A stretch of DNA of 64,000 nucleotides from an uncultured Syntrophorhabdaceae bacterium (GTDB lineage: Bacteria; Desulfobacterota; Syntrophorhabdia; Syntrophorhabdales; Syntrophorhabdaceae). This document shows, piece by piece, positions 31,103-41,298 of the stretch. Numbering within the stretch: the first letter of the stretch is position 1; every line of letters starts with the position of its first letter. The stretch spans positions 2,458-66,457 of the forward strand of contig CAYSBW010000005.1 in assembly GCA_964429485.1 (NCBI GenBank), read 5' to 3'. The notes under the pieces were generated by a model. That model saw nothing but the letters and a program-made list of their open reading frames with translations. It did no database searches and was not told the DNA's origin. Made by a program: the position numbers and the translations under genes.

Positions 31103-31927
31103 TTAGGGTTTTATTGCAAATTTTTTATTGTAGAGTTCTTTTATTTTATGGAATAAATTTTTTTTGAACTGGATTTTGAGATAAAGATCTCCTGTAGCAT
31201 TTGCTGAAAATCCATTATTTCCCACATTTTTCAGTCTGATTATTTGTCCTTCTTTTATGTCCCCGGGGATCTTTATAAGCAATTTTCTTGATGTCCTACT
31301 GTCTGTATAAGGTATACTGGATCCTTGTCTTGCACTATCTTTGTCAATAGTAATTGTGTCGTAATAATCCTTTTTTTGAAAATCTCTGTTGGATTCCAAA
31401 GCTTTTTTTAACAGATAACCTGATAATTTGCCCAGCAAGCCTGATATGTAACCGGCTTGAGGTCTTGAAATGCCCTGGTATGATTCTTTATGTGGGAAAA
31501 CTGTGAATATAAATCCCTTCCCGAATAACCCCGGTCTTTTGAATTCAAAAGACTGATATCCCTTACCGTAGAATTCAGTGAAAATGTCATTGAAGTGTCT
31601 GAATCCGAAATTACGTGCCATTTCCTCAAAAATCTGATTTATATCAGATCCGTGGTATATGTCATTTTCCGAATAATTTTGCCTGAATCTGTCATATGCA
31701 TAAGATCCGTATTCCTGTTGCATGTTATCGTAGTGTTTTTTCTTCTCAGGTTCGGACAATACGGCATATGCTTCATTAAGAGCCTTCATCTTTTCGAGAG
31801 CTTCGGCATCCCCTTTATTTCTGTCCGGATGGTATTGAAAGGCAAGATTTCTATAAGCCTCTTTTATCTGTCTGATTGTGGCTTCCCTTTCCACACCGAG
31901 AACCTGATAATAATCTATTTGTGACAT
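31103..31927 (-). CDS. DnaJ-like protein (J domain plus one DnaJ C-terminal-like beta domain, no Zn-finger region)
   Basis: J domain DYYQVLGV...YHPDRNKGD. The C-terminus [13 protein letters not shown]...GDLYLKIQ resembles a DnaJ/CbpA CTD. ATG 31927 is preceded by AAGAGGGTG, and the longer ORF-track start at 32008 is unlikely. Confidence 0.8.
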   Translation of the reverse strand: MSQIDYYQVLGVEREATIRQIKEAYRNLAFQYHPDRNKGDAEALEKMKALNEAYAVLSEPEKKKHYDNMQQEYGSYAYDRFRQNYSENDIYHGSDINQIFEEMARNFGFRHFNDIFTEFYGKGYQSFEFKRPGLFGKGFIFTVFPHKESYQGISRPQAGYISGLLGKLSGYLLKKALESNRDFQKKDYYDTITIDKDSARQGSSIPYTDSRTSRKLLIKIPGDIKEGQIIRLKNVGNNGFSANATGDLYLKIQFKKNLFHKIKELYNKKFAIKP

Positions 31928-32141
31928 AAGCACCCTCTTTATCTTTTTGTATTGAGAAAAGTCTATCATTATAACGAAAATTTTGCGATGTTCTTTTATC
32001 CTGATCATTGTTTACATGTTTTTATGATATTATTTTATTTCTTATGAAAATAATGAGCTTTTTTTAATCAGGCTGAAAAAATTAATGTATGATTCAGCAC
32101 AGATGAATATCTGTGCTGTTATTCCTGACTTTCAATTGTCG

Positions 32142-32170
32142 TTGACAGATCTTAAAAGCCTTGCTAATAT
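32142..32170 (+). promoter_or_regulatory. Candidate sigma70 promoter for the 32256 gene
   Basis: TTGACA (32142-32147), a 17-nt spacer and TAATAT (32165-32170). Confidence 0.5.
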
Positions 32171-32255
32171 TGTCTCATAATAGTAGCAGTATTGTGACAC
32201 GGAAAGTATATATTTGTATAGTTTATTGTTTCTCAAGAGAAAAGGAGGTTTTAAA

Positions 32256-32552
32256 ATGAAAAGTTTTATTATGGTTTTAGGTGCTTTAATTATCTCGTCA
32301 TCATTGGTTTTCGCAGCTGGTCCGAAGGTATACCAGGTTACAGGTCCTGTGCTTGAGGTTAAAGACGACAGTATTACGGTTCAGAAGGGTAAGGAAAAAT
32401 GGGAAATAGCAAAGGATACATCTACAAAAGCAACAGGTGATCTTAAAGTCGGATCTAAGGTAACAATTGGTTATACAATGAAAGCAGCCACCATTGAAGT
32501 CAAGGATGCCGGAAAAAAAGCTGAACCGGTAAAAACTCCTGCAAAGAAGTAG
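32256..32552 (+). CDS. Small secreted protein, function unknown
   Basis: ATG preceded by AAAGGAGG. Signal peptide MKSFIMVLGALIISSSLVFA, a beta-rich body and a Lys/Pro-rich tail. Confidence 0.55.
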   Translation: MKSFIMVLGALIISSSLVFAAGPKVYQVTGPVLEVKDDSITVQKGKEKWEIAKDTSTKATGDLKVGSKVTIGYTMKAATIEVKDAGKKAEPVKTPAKK

Positions 32553-32584
32553 TAGATAGAGTTATTGTATTACGAATAAGATAA

Positions 32585-33010
32585 ATGAAACATAATATTA
32601 TATCTGTATTAATAATTTTAGCTTTTGCTGCTGTCTTTTTTATATATGGTTGTTCTACCAGAGCGCCTGTATTATATCCTAATGCACATATGAAATCAGC
32701 TGGAGAGGAAAAGGTTGTGGGTGATATCGATGAATGTAGAAACAGTGCTGATGCATATGTTAAGTCTGATGCCGGTAAGGATGCAGTAAAAAGAACAGCC
32801 AAAGGTGGTGCCGGTGGAGCAGTGATCGGAGGTGTTGCAGGGGCAGTTTCAGGTGATTTGGCCAGGGGGGCAGGAGTGGGAGCAGCTACAGGTGCAGCAT
32901 CCGGACTTGTTTATTCTTTATTTAAGGGTATGGAACCAAGTCCAGTATATAAGAGTTTTGTTGAAAAATGTCTCCGCGAAAAAGGTTATGATGTAATCGG
33001 CTGGGAATAA
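32585..33010 (+). CDS. Glycine-zipper lipoprotein
   Basis: Lipobox FIYGC, a Gly/Ala zipper GGAGGAVIGGVAGAVSGDLARGAGVGAATGAASG and the C-terminal CLREKGYDVIGW motif common in this family. Confidence 0.65.
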   Translation: MKHNIISVLIILAFAAVFFIYGCSTRAPVLYPNAHMKSAGEEKVVGDIDECRNSADAYVKSDAGKDAVKRTAKGGAGGAVIGGVAGAVSGDLARGAGVGAATGAASGLVYSLFKGMEPSPVYKSFVEKCLREKGYDVIGWE

Positions 33011-33011
33011 A

Positions 33012-33986
33012 TTAACCTATTCGTATTCTGGGGTCTGCAACTGCATACATAATATCCGAAATGAGATTGCCCAGCAGTGTCAGAAACGCTCCTATTACAA
33101 GTATCCCCATGATAGTCGGGTAATCTCTGGACATGACGCTCATGTAGAATAACTGGCCCATTCCCGGTATGGAAAATATGCTTTCGAATATTACACTGCC
33201 GCCTATCAAACCCGGTACTGACAATCCAAGAATTGTGATAACCGGTAACAGGGCATTCCTGAGGGCATGTTTTCTTAGAACCATTTTTCCCGGAAGCCCC
33301 TTGGCATAGGCAGTTGTTATATATTCATGTCTCAATACTTCGAGGAGACTGTTTTTCATATACCGCGAGATACCGGCAAGTCCGCCGAAGGCGGATATAC
33401 ATATAGGCAAAGCCAGATGTTTTATAAGATCAACGGCTTTGGCGAAAGGCGAAAATTCTTCATAATTGAAAGATTTAATTCCTGAAATAGGTAACCAGTC
33501 CAGATATACACCGAAAAATATCATTGAAAGGAGCGCTATCCAGAATGTTGGAGCAGCATATCCTGCAAATACAAAGGCAGTAAGGCTTTTGTCCATCGCG
33601 CTGTCCTTGTAGCGTGCGCAATAGATTCCTATGGGGATTCCTATTATGAAGATCAATACCATGGATAGAAAGTTTATAGAGATTGTTACTGGCATCCTCT
33701 CTTTTATCTTGTCTATTACCGGCCTTCTGTCTTGAGAAAAGGATATGCCGAAATCAAGCTTAATCAGCCTTTTAACCCACATGTAATATTGCATATGCAG
33801 TGGCTGATCCAGACCGTAGAGAGTTTTTATTCTCTCCCTGACTTCTTTTGTAACTTTCGGGTTCATTTCACCGCCCATTATGTCTGGTTCACCAGGTGGA
33901 AGATGTATTATAATAAAAGATATAAGGGTAATGCCGAATATCATCGGTATCATAAACAGGCATCTTTTAAGGAGATATTGCAGCAT
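33012..33986 (-). CDS. ABC peptide/nickel transporter permease (DppB/OppB type)
   Basis: N-terminus [14 protein letters not shown] and the EAA-loop region [13 protein letters not shown] 33986 is preceded by AAGGAGG. Confidence 0.85.
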   Translation of the reverse strand: MLQYLLKRCLFMIPMIFGITLISFIIIHLPPGEPDIMGGEMNPKVTKEVRERIKTLYGLDQPLHMQYYMWVKRLIKLDFGISFSQDRRPVIDKIKERMPVTISINFLSMVLIFIIGIPIGIYCARYKDSAMDKSLTAFVFAGYAAPTFWIALLSMIFFGVYLDWLPISGIKSFNYEEFSPFAKAVDLIKHLALPICISAFGGLAGISRYMKNSLLEVLRHEYITTAYAKGLPGKMVLRKHALRNALLPVITILGLSVPGLIGGSVIFESIFSIPGMGQLFYMSVMSRDYPTIMGILVIGAFLTLLGNLISDIMYAVADPRIRIG

Positions 33987-35604
33987 TGCTTCTGTACCTC
34001 CTTTGTGTTTCCGGTACATACCATTTATCGAAATTATGCATCAGGCCTGCTGCGGAAGGCTCTATGCCCTTGAACCTCCTGTGGACAGCTATATTGGCAT
34101 AGGGGATAAAAAGAAAAGTGTAAGGTTGTTCCTCAGCAAGTATTTCCTGAATACGAAAATAATATTTTTGTCTCTTCTCCATGTCAAGTGTGTGTCTGGC
34201 CTTTATAAGCAATTCATCCACCTCTTTATTTTCAAAAGATATAAAATTAAGTTCTTTTATTCCCTGTTTTGATGAATGCCAGATATCAAATATGTCAGGG
34301 TCCCGGGGAATGGTCCAGCCCAGCAAGACTGCCTCGAAATTTTTTTTGTCTATAAATTCATTGATAAAGCTTGCCCACTCTATAACCCGTATCTTCATCC
34401 TTATACCTATTTCGGAAAGTCTTTTCTGTATTAGTTCTGCACATTGTATTCTGACTGTGTTTCCCTGATTAACGAGGACAACGAATTCAAAGGGTACACC
34501 GTCTTTTTCGAGTAAACCGCCATCCCCTTTTTTAAAACCCGCCTCTTCCAGAAGGGAAAGAGCTTTTTCAACATTGTATTCATATTTTCTTACATTTCCG
34601 TTGTAAGACCACATATCCGGTTTGAACGGGCCTGTTGCCTCGATACCCTGATTAAGGAGTATGCCCTCTATTATTTCCTGCTTGTTGATGGCATAACTTA
34701 TTGCCTGTCTTACTTTTCTATCTTGAAAGAATTTATGTTTCAGGTTGTATCCGAGATAAATATAGCTGAAGGAAAGATAGTTAAATTTATTAAATTCTTT
34801 TTCGAATTTAGGATAAGCGGTTTGCCTTACAAATTGTAATGGAGTCAGACCCATCATGTCTATTCCGTACTGCTTGAATTCAAGGAACATGGTGGCATTG
34901 TCAGGAATTATTCTCATGATGTATCGGTCTATATATGGCCTGCCATTAAAATAATTATCATTTGCAGATAATATTATTCTGTCTCCAGCTATCCATTCTT
35001 TAAATATATAGGGGCCTGTGCCGATTGGTCTCCTTGTGAGAGACGACGCAGTGATGTCCCTGCCTTCCAGAAGGTGTGCCGGCAGGATTGAAGTTCCCCA
35101 ACTCATAAGAGCAGGAGCAAAGGGTTTATTGTATCTGACTCTAAAGGTATAATCGTCTATTACCTCAGCTTCTTTGACGAGCTTGAAATCGCCTGAATAA
35201 GCTGTAGGAGTTTTCGGGTCGATTATTGTTCTGTAAGTGTACATAACATCCCGTGCAGTAAAGGATTTACCGTCGTGCCACCTGACATTTTTTCTCAATT
35301 TGAATGTAATGGTAAGATTATCTTTGGAAATATTCCATGATTCTGCAAGATCGCCTGTTATATTAAGGTTTTTATCATATTTGACAAGCCCGTTATAAAT
35401 GTACGATGCAACTTCATGGGAAGCGCTGTCTGAAGACAGGATGGGAATCAGATTTGAAGGCTCACCGATGGATCCTGTAATAATAGTATCTCCATGTCCT
35501 GGCGTTCCTGGATCATCATATAGTACATCTTCACTTCTTTGTGAACAGGAAAAAAGGAAAATAATGCAGAAAATTATGAGAATTATGTTTTTGTTCATTG
35601 GCAT
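33967..35604 (-). CDS. ABC transporter substrate-binding lipoprotein, family 5 (DppA/OppA type)
   Basis: Lipobox LFSC and a ~540-aa family-5 SBP layout ([11 protein letters not shown]..., WHDG..., NQGNT...). Confidence 0.85.
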   Translation of the reverse strand: MPMNKNIILIIFCIIFLFSCSQRSEDVLYDDPGTPGHGDTIITGSIGEPSNLIPILSSDSASHEVASYIYNGLVKYDKNLNITGDLAESWNISKDNLTITFKLRKNVRWHDGKSFTARDVMYTYRTIIDPKTPTAYSGDFKLVKEAEVIDDYTFRVRYNKPFAPALMSWGTSILPAHLLEGRDITASSLTRRPIGTGPYIFKEWIAGDRIILSANDNYFNGRPYIDRYIMRIIPDNATMFLEFKQYGIDMMGLTPLQFVRQTAYPKFEKEFNKFNYLSFSYIYLGYNLKHKFFQDRKVRQAISYAINKQEIIEGILLNQGIEATGPFKPDMWSYNGNVRKYEYNVEKALSLLEEAGFKKGDGGLLEKDGVPFEFVVLVNQGNTVRIQCAELIQKRLSEIGIRMKIRVIEWASFINEFIDKKNFEAVLLGWTIPRDPDIFDIWHSSKQGIKELNFISFENKEVDELLIKARHTLDMEKRQKYYFRIQEILAEEQPYTFLFIPYANIAVHRRFKGIEPSAAGLMHNFDKWYVPETQRRYRSNAAISP

Positions 35605-35679
35605 TTTAAATTGAGGCTATTTTAACAGAGGGTAATATTAAAGTAAAGAAAGCTGGACATAAAATAGTTTTCAGGTATT

Positions 35680-36615
35680 ATGTATTTGGTCCTACTAATG
35701 AAAATCATAGACATTCACAGTCACGGTATCGGTGGATACGATACGAAGACAACAAATGCTGATCATATTCTTAAAATAGCAGAAATTCATGGAAAATATG
35801 GTGTTTCGGAAATTATTCCAGCAATTTACCCTGCGCCTCTGGAAGAAATGAGAGTACAAATGGCAGCTGTGAAAAAAGCAATGGAGACGCAGAAGACAGA
35901 TGCTGAAAGGGTGAAGAGGGAAAACAATAAAAAAACAGCACCCGTTTCCCGCTCCATGATAACAGGTATTTATCTTGAAGGACCTTTTCTCAATCCTCAT
36001 TGCTGCGGAGTCTTGAATACATTATCGTTTTTAACTCCTAAAGAAGATTATTTTAAAAGGCTTACAGAGGGATTTGAGGATATTATTAAAATTGTCACAA
36101 TAGCTCCTGAACTGGACAGGGCTGTTCAACTTATAAGAATAGCTGCTGATATGGGCATTGTAGTCAGCATGGGACACTCTGATGCAACATATGAGGAAGC
36201 TCTGGCAGGTTTTAATGGAGGAGCAAAAGGTATAACCCATATTTTTAATGCCATGCGTGGGTTCCATCACAGACAACCGGGTATTGCAGGTTTTGGACTT
36301 ATGAATCCTAATGTTTATATTGAAGTAATCGCGGATCCCTACCATCTTCATCCTGAAACAGTTAGAATGATTTTCAAAATTAAAGATCCTGAAAAAATAA
36401 TCATCATTTCAGATTCTGTGAAGGATACTGCGAGAAATCAAAGCTCAAAATTCAATGACAGATCTTATTGTATAAAAGAGCCGGACGGAAAATTGAAGGG
36501 TGGCTCCATGATAATTACTGAGTCTGTCCAAAGACTTATTGGAATGGGCTATGAAGAAAGGATTGTTCTTAATTGTATTTCAGAAAATCCGAATATGTAT
36601 CTCACGATAAAATAA
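35680..36615 (+). CDS. NagA-like amidohydrolase (N-acetylglucosamine-6-phosphate deacetylase family, TIM-barrel only)
   Basis: IDIHSHG metal motif at the extreme N-terminus, EGPFLNP, GHSDATYEE and THIFNAM..HH motifs. An alternative start is ATG 35698. Confidence 0.7.
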   Translation: MYLVLLMKIIDIHSHGIGGYDTKTTNADHILKIAEIHGKYGVSEIIPAIYPAPLEEMRVQMAAVKKAMETQKTDAERVKRENNKKTAPVSRSMITGIYLEGPFLNPHCCGVLNTLSFLTPKEDYFKRLTEGFEDIIKIVTIAPELDRAVQLIRIAADMGIVVSMGHSDATYEEALAGFNGGAKGITHIFNAMRGFHHRQPGIAGFGLMNPNVYIEVIADPYHLHPETVRMIFKIKDPEKIIIISDSVKDTARNQSSKFNDRSYCIKEPDGKLKGGSMIITESVQRLIGMGYEERIVLNCISENPNMYLTIK

Positions 36616-36623
36616 AAAAGCAT

Positions 36624-37778
36624 TTATCCCGGATAGATTATCGGTAATCCTTTTGTTCTCCATTCTCTCATGCCGTATTCGAGATTTTTCACATTATTGT
36701 AACCATAGGCTCTTAAATAAAGTGCTGCATGAGCAGAACGTATACCACTTTCACAGACTACCGCGATTGGTGTATCGAGATTACTCGGCAGTTCCCCGAC
36801 TTTTTTGGCAATATCACCTACAGGAATGTTTATAGCCCCTTTTATATAACCTGTTGCTGACAGTTCTTCTGGTTCCCTTACATCTATTATGAGAGGCTTT
36901 GTTTTACTTCCTGTTTGGTCATACAACTCTTCAGTATGGATAAGGGTGGCTTGATGGGGTTGTGCAAGGTATTGTTCCATTGAAAAACAAAAAGTTTTCA
37001 TAAGGGGATTTAATTCACCCTTATTTTCTACGTGAGAATCTTTGCTTGCTGTCAGACCGCACTGCAATTTGCCGTTTCCTGCATCAAGGGGCGGGAAAAG
37101 CCCGGCGAGAAATGTTTCGAACTCTTCCACAGTTCTTTCAATGTTCATACAGACATTATTTATTTTTTCATATCCCATGGATGAATTGATATTTCCCTGA
37201 TAATCATGAGCAGGATATATGATCAGGTCATTGGAGAGACCAATCAGTTTACTGAAAAAACTTTCATACATATCTTTTGAACTTCCTCCCGGCAGATCAG
37301 TCCTTCCGCATTGTCCTATGAGCAGAGTATCTCCTGTATATATTCTATTACCGGAAAGGAGACATATGGAATCCTGAGTATGACCCGGTGTGAAAAGCAC
37401 TTTGAAAACAAGACCGCCTGTTTTGAGTTCATCATCTTCATTAATAAAAATATCAACACGTTTTCCGGCATTTTCAGCAATTATCTTTTCAATGCCAAAC
37501 AGTTCAATGACTTCCTCCCCTATTTTCCTCTGTATCGGTGTCTTACTGCACATTACTGTTTTTGCACCTAAAGAGTCAGCAATTTCCGGAGAAAGGGATA
37601 TGTGATCAACATGGGTATGGGTATCCACAACATAGAGTATTTTCAGGTTGTTTTCTTCTACAAACTTTAAGTACGGTTCTGTTTCATGGGAGGGATCTAT
37701 AATAATGCCTGTCAATTCACTACTGCATGCAGCAATATAGGAGAGACATCCGTCAAAGTTAAATTGTTTGAAAATCAT
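36624..37778 (-). CDS. MBL-fold persulfide dioxygenase-like domain fused to a C-terminal rhodanese domain
   Basis: DTHTHVDH motif, ETHE1-like core, and a rhodanese active-site loop CESGIRS in the last ~100 aa. Confidence 0.8.
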   Translation of the reverse strand: MIFKQFNFDGCLSYIAACSSELTGIIIDPSHETEPYLKFVEENNLKILYVVDTHTHVDHISLSPEIADSLGAKTVMCSKTPIQRKIGEEVIELFGIEKIIAENAGKRVDIFINEDDELKTGGLVFKVLFTPGHTQDSICLLSGNRIYTGDTLLIGQCGRTDLPGGSSKDMYESFFSKLIGLSNDLIIYPAHDYQGNINSSMGYEKINNVCMNIERTVEEFETFLAGLFPPLDAGNGKLQCGLTASKDSHVENKGELNPLMKTFCFSMEQYLAQPHQATLIHTEELYDQTGSKTKPLIIDVREPEELSATGYIKGAINIPVGDIAKKVGELPSNLDTPIAVVCESGIRSAHAALYLRAYGYNNVKNLEYGMREWRTKGLPIIYPG

Positions 37779-38033
37779 GTTTCCCTCTTTGGATATGAAT
37801 GTTTAAGAATTGTGCCGGACTGTTAAATATTAAATTAAGAAATCGAATTTTAATTTTAAATAGCATTTTCTACCCTGATTAAAATACTGATAACGGGTAC
37901 TTAATCATAGCCTGTTGAAAAACCGAATTATAATATATTTTTAATATTCATTCCATAATATATTTTTTAAAGTTTAATTGCCTGTCCGATGTTGTTTTAC
38001 TTATGTGAAAGATGGTTGGTAAGACCAAAATAG

Positions 38034-38049
38034 TCGACAAATTTGTCGA
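38034..38049. promoter_or_regulatory. Perfect 16-bp palindrome, candidate enhancer (UAS) for the sigma54 activator
   Basis: TCGACAAATTTGTCGA lies ~120 bp upstream of the sigma54 promoter. A further TCGACAA half-site is at 38065-38071. Confidence 0.45.
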
Positions 38050-38154
38050 TAAGGCTGTTTGTTTTCGACAATCAATACCTCAATAAAAAATCAAATATTT
38101 TATTGATGAATAATAAATATTGTAATTACAGATAATTACAATTAAGAAAAGTTT

Positions 38155-38170
38155 TGGCACAGTCGTTGCA
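38155..38170 (+). promoter_or_regulatory. Sigma54 (-24/-12) promoter
   Basis: TGGCAC-AGTCG-TTGCA exactly matches the TGGCAC-N5-TTGCW consensus. It ends 47 nt before the ATG of the Spy/ZraP-like gene, and a GAFTGA-containing activator is encoded in the same operon. Confidence 0.75.
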
Positions 38171-38217
38171 TTAAAGAATCCTATGTATAGAATAAAAATT
38201 TTTAACAGGAGGTTTCA

Positions 38218-38709
38218 ATGAAAAAATGGTATGCAGGAATTATGGCAGTTCTTTTTCTGGCAATTACTACATCAGTATTTGCCTTTGGACACGGACCGGG
38301 CAGATGCAAAGGAGGTGAAGCCGGTTTTAGGAGTCCCATGGGCATGGCGGCAAACCTGAATCTCTCAAAGGAGCAGACAGAAAAGATGTGGAAGCTTAAG
38401 GAAGCATTCCGCAATGACACGCAAAAAATACGTTATGAACTTTTTCAGAAACGCATTGAACTGAAGGCTATTTATGCTGATCCGAAAATGGATGATGCAA
38501 CTATCCTTGCAAAACAGAAGGAACTTAACAACCTGAGGCAGAACATGCAGGATAAGATGGTCCAGATGAGACTTGAACAGAGAAAGTTATTAACTCAAGA
38601 ACAGATTAAAAAACTTGGTGAAATGACTTACGGCCCGGGATTTAATAAAATGGGCGGCAAAGGTGGTCCTGCAGGAAGGGGCACTGGATTCGGTCCGGTA
38701 AAAAACTAA
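38218..38709 (+). CDS. Periplasmic Spy/CpxP/ZraP-family protein (LTxxQ repeats)
   Basis: Signal peptide, LSKEQ and LTQEQ motifs in a helical body, and a Gly-rich tail. SD AGGAGG. Confidence 0.7.
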   Translation: MKKWYAGIMAVLFLAITTSVFAFGHGPGRCKGGEAGFRSPMGMAANLNLSKEQTEKMWKLKEAFRNDTQKIRYELFQKRIELKAIYADPKMDDATILAKQKELNNLRQNMQDKMVQMRLEQRKLLTQEQIKKLGEMTYGPGFNKMGGKGGPAGRGTGFGPVKN

Positions 38710-38817
38710 AAACATATGATAGGAATTTGTTAGCAGGCATGTTGAGCAAGTTGAGTATGGTAATACCCCCGCCTCTCAACTTGCTTGACTGTTCTGCCAA
38801 TAAGGAGGTAATAAATT

Positions 38818-39198
38818 ATGAGAAAACACATGTTGGTTATTTTAATTCTTATTACAGGGCTTGTAACATTTTCCTGTGCATCGGGCGGATATAATACGCA
38901 GAAAGGTGCGGCAATAGGTGCCGGTCTTGGGGCAATAGCAGGTCAGATCATAGGAAACAACACCGCAGGCACTCTAATAGGTACTGCTGCAGGCGCCCTT
39001 GCAGGCGTTATTGCCGGCAATGCAATGGACCAGAATGAAAATAATCAGCTGATAGCAGCTAATCAAAAAGAGGTTTCAGCCTATTCATATCATGCTGGAA
39101 ATGAAATTCCTCCCGGGCAGTGGGTTGAATTGCCAGGGCAGTGGTTTGACGGAAAATGGATTCCTGCCCATAGAGCGTGGGTGCCTGTAAATCCATGA
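38818..39198 (+). CDS. Glycine-zipper lipoprotein with Trp-rich C-terminus
   Basis: Lipobox VTFSC, zipper GAAIGAGLGAIAGQIIG...GTAAGALAGVIAG and the C-terminus GQWVELPGQWFDGKWIPAHRAWVP. Confidence 0.65.
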   Translation: MRKHMLVILILITGLVTFSCASGGYNTQKGAAIGAGLGAIAGQIIGNNTAGTLIGTAAGALAGVIAGNAMDQNENNQLIAANQKEVSAYSYHAGNEIPPGQWVELPGQWFDGKWIPAHRAWVPVNP

Positions 39199-39617
39199 CA
39201 TATTTATTTGTATTATTCTTATCCCTTACTTTTTTTATGTCCCCTCTTTATGGTCAGCATTCATATTTTGACTTTGAGAGGGGGCTTAACCTTACAGATG
39301 AACAAAGGTCTGCTGCTGAAGAAGTAAAAAGAAAATATATGCATGAATGGCGCAGATCAGGCAAAGAAGTCGGTAAAAAAAAGTTTGAGTTAAGGAATTT
39401 ATACAGAAACCCTTCTTTTAACAGGGAAAACATTGAAAAGCTTCAAAAGGAAATACTGGAGATTGAAATTGAAAGGGAAAACCTGTACAACAGATACAGG
39501 GGGGAAATTTCCCGTATATTAAATGAGGAACAACGTGAAAAATATGATAATTTTTGCGGTTCCGAGAGAAAGAGATCAAATCGTCCTTCCGGATTGATGA
39601 GGCGATATGGGAGATAA
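39195..39617 (+). CDS. Second Spy/CpxP-like periplasmic protein
   Basis: ATG 39195 overlaps the preceding stop (ATGA). Signal peptide, LTDEQ and LNEEQ motifs, helical and charged body. Confidence 0.55.
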   Translation: MTYLFVLFLSLTFFMSPLYGQHSYFDFERGLNLTDEQRSAAEEVKRKYMHEWRRSGKEVGKKKFELRNLYRNPSFNRENIEKLQKEILEIEIERENLYNRYRGEISRILNEEQREKYDNFCGSERKRSNRPSGLMRRYGR

Positions 39618-41178
39618 AAAAACATTTGTTTTTCCTTCCCTTTTGTTTGCAATACTTTTTTTTCTAATCGCAATAACAGGATATTTTCAAATCAGAATAA
39701 TAAATAAAAATATTGAAGCCCTCCTGAAAAACGAGGGAGAGATTATTTTCAACCATCTGAAGAGGGAAATAGATATCAACCTTGAATATTTAAATCTTAT
39801 TGAAAAATCTCCATCAATAGTAACGCCCGATTTTTTGAATCTTATGGTTTATGAGGAGTCTATAATAGATGATCTGTATAATCTTTTCAATGATTTGGAT
39901 TTGTTAAATGTGGAAAGGATACCTCTTAAAAATTTCATGATAACTGACAGATCCGGCAAAATTGTTGCAAGAAAAGGATCAATAGGAATATCAACTTCAT
40001 TCATCAGATCATTTCAATCAGGTGAAGAAAAAACTTTTATAAAAACCCAGGGCGATAATGATAAATTTCTTATAATGGGTATTAAGATAAGAAACAGCAC
40101 AATAATTTTCAGCCTTGATGAAGATGAACTTAACATATTAAGGCAAAAACTTACAATAAGAGAAATTGTGGAGGCAGAAACAAAAAGATTTAATATTGCT
40201 GTTATTAATCTATATGACGAAAAGGGAGCCCCCTATTTATTTTCAGGCGGAAACAGGCAGGAGACTTATGTTGTATCCAGGAATCTGGATTCAAAATTTC
40301 TCCCGGGATTTACTGTTGAAATACTTGTATCAAAAGATCTGGCCAGGGATATTTCAAAAAAAACCACCATAAACTTTCTTTTCATCCTTATGCTTCTTGC
40401 AATCTCCGGTGCGGTCAGCACATATTCAATTTTCCTTCTGGAAAGAAGACACGGGAGAAGGGTGCGTGAATTTGAAAAAGAGCTGGAGATGAAAGAAAGA
40501 CTTGTATCTCTCGGGAAACTTGCTTCAGGCATGGCCCATGAAATAAGAAATCCCCTGAATGCCATGAGTATTTCAATACAGAGACTGAAAAGAGAATTTG
40601 AACCTGCTGAAGATAAGAAGGAAGAATATAACAAATTCATTGATATTATGAGAAAAGAGCTTTTAAGGATTGACAGAATTGTAGAAGAATTTCTTCTTTC
40701 AACTAAATCCAGTACACCCTTTATACCGGAGAATCTTTATGATATCTTTGAAGAAGTAGTTATTATTCTTCGGGAAAAGGCTACCTCAAGGGAGATCGAT
40801 ATTACAGTAGATAAAACCGGCAAAGACATAATGATTCAATCACAAAAAGAAAGGCTGAAGCAGGCTTTTTACAATATTATACTGAATGGAATCGAAGCTA
40901 TTGAGAATGGTGGATCTATAAACATAAAAGCAACCTCCAAGGAAAGGGATGTTGACATTATAATAGAGGATACAGGTCCTGGAATTAAGGGAGCAGACCT
41001 GCCCAGGATATTTGAATATTATTATACAACAAAGGACAAGGGTATTGGATTGGGACTACCTATTTCATATATGATCATCAGGGATCATGGCGGGGATATT
41101 AGAGCTTCCAGCACGCCAGGTAAGGGTACGAAATTTTTGATAAATTTACCAATAGAACAATATAGGGAAAAAACTTAA
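39607..41178 (+). CDS. Membrane sensor histidine kinase (ZraS/AtoS-like)
   Basis: Two TM segments flank a ~230-aa periplasmic domain. H-box MAHEIRNPLNAM. HATPase N/G boxes (NIILNGIEA, DTGPGI, GIGLGL). Confidence 0.85.
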   Translation: MGDKKTFVFPSLLFAILFFLIAITGYFQIRIINKNIEALLKNEGEIIFNHLKREIDINLEYLNLIEKSPSIVTPDFLNLMVYEESIIDDLYNLFNDLDLLNVERIPLKNFMITDRSGKIVARKGSIGISTSFIRSFQSGEEKTFIKTQGDNDKFLIMGIKIRNSTIIFSLDEDELNILRQKLTIREIVEAETKRFNIAVINLYDEKGAPYLFSGGNRQETYVVSRNLDSKFLPGFTVEILVSKDLARDISKKTTINFLFILMLLAISGAVSTYSIFLLERRHGRRVREFEKELEMKERLVSLGKLASGMAHEIRNPLNAMSISIQRLKREFEPAEDKKEEYNKFIDIMRKELLRIDRIVEEFLLSTKSSTPFIPENLYDIFEEVVIILREKATSREIDITVDKTGKDIMIQSQKERLKQAFYNIILNGIEAIENGGSINIKATSKERDVDIIIEDTGPGIKGADLPRIFEYYYTTKDKGIGLGLPISYMIIRDHGGDIRASSTPGKGTKFLINLPIEQYREKT

Positions 41179-41298
41179 AAAGGCAAACTGTTATAAAATT
41201 GAAGAAAAAAACAATCATGAATGTGCCGGATAGTCGCTAAGGATAAGGCAAAGAGGGGATAAAAAGTCCCTGATAAATATACGACAGGGAGTAAAAAA

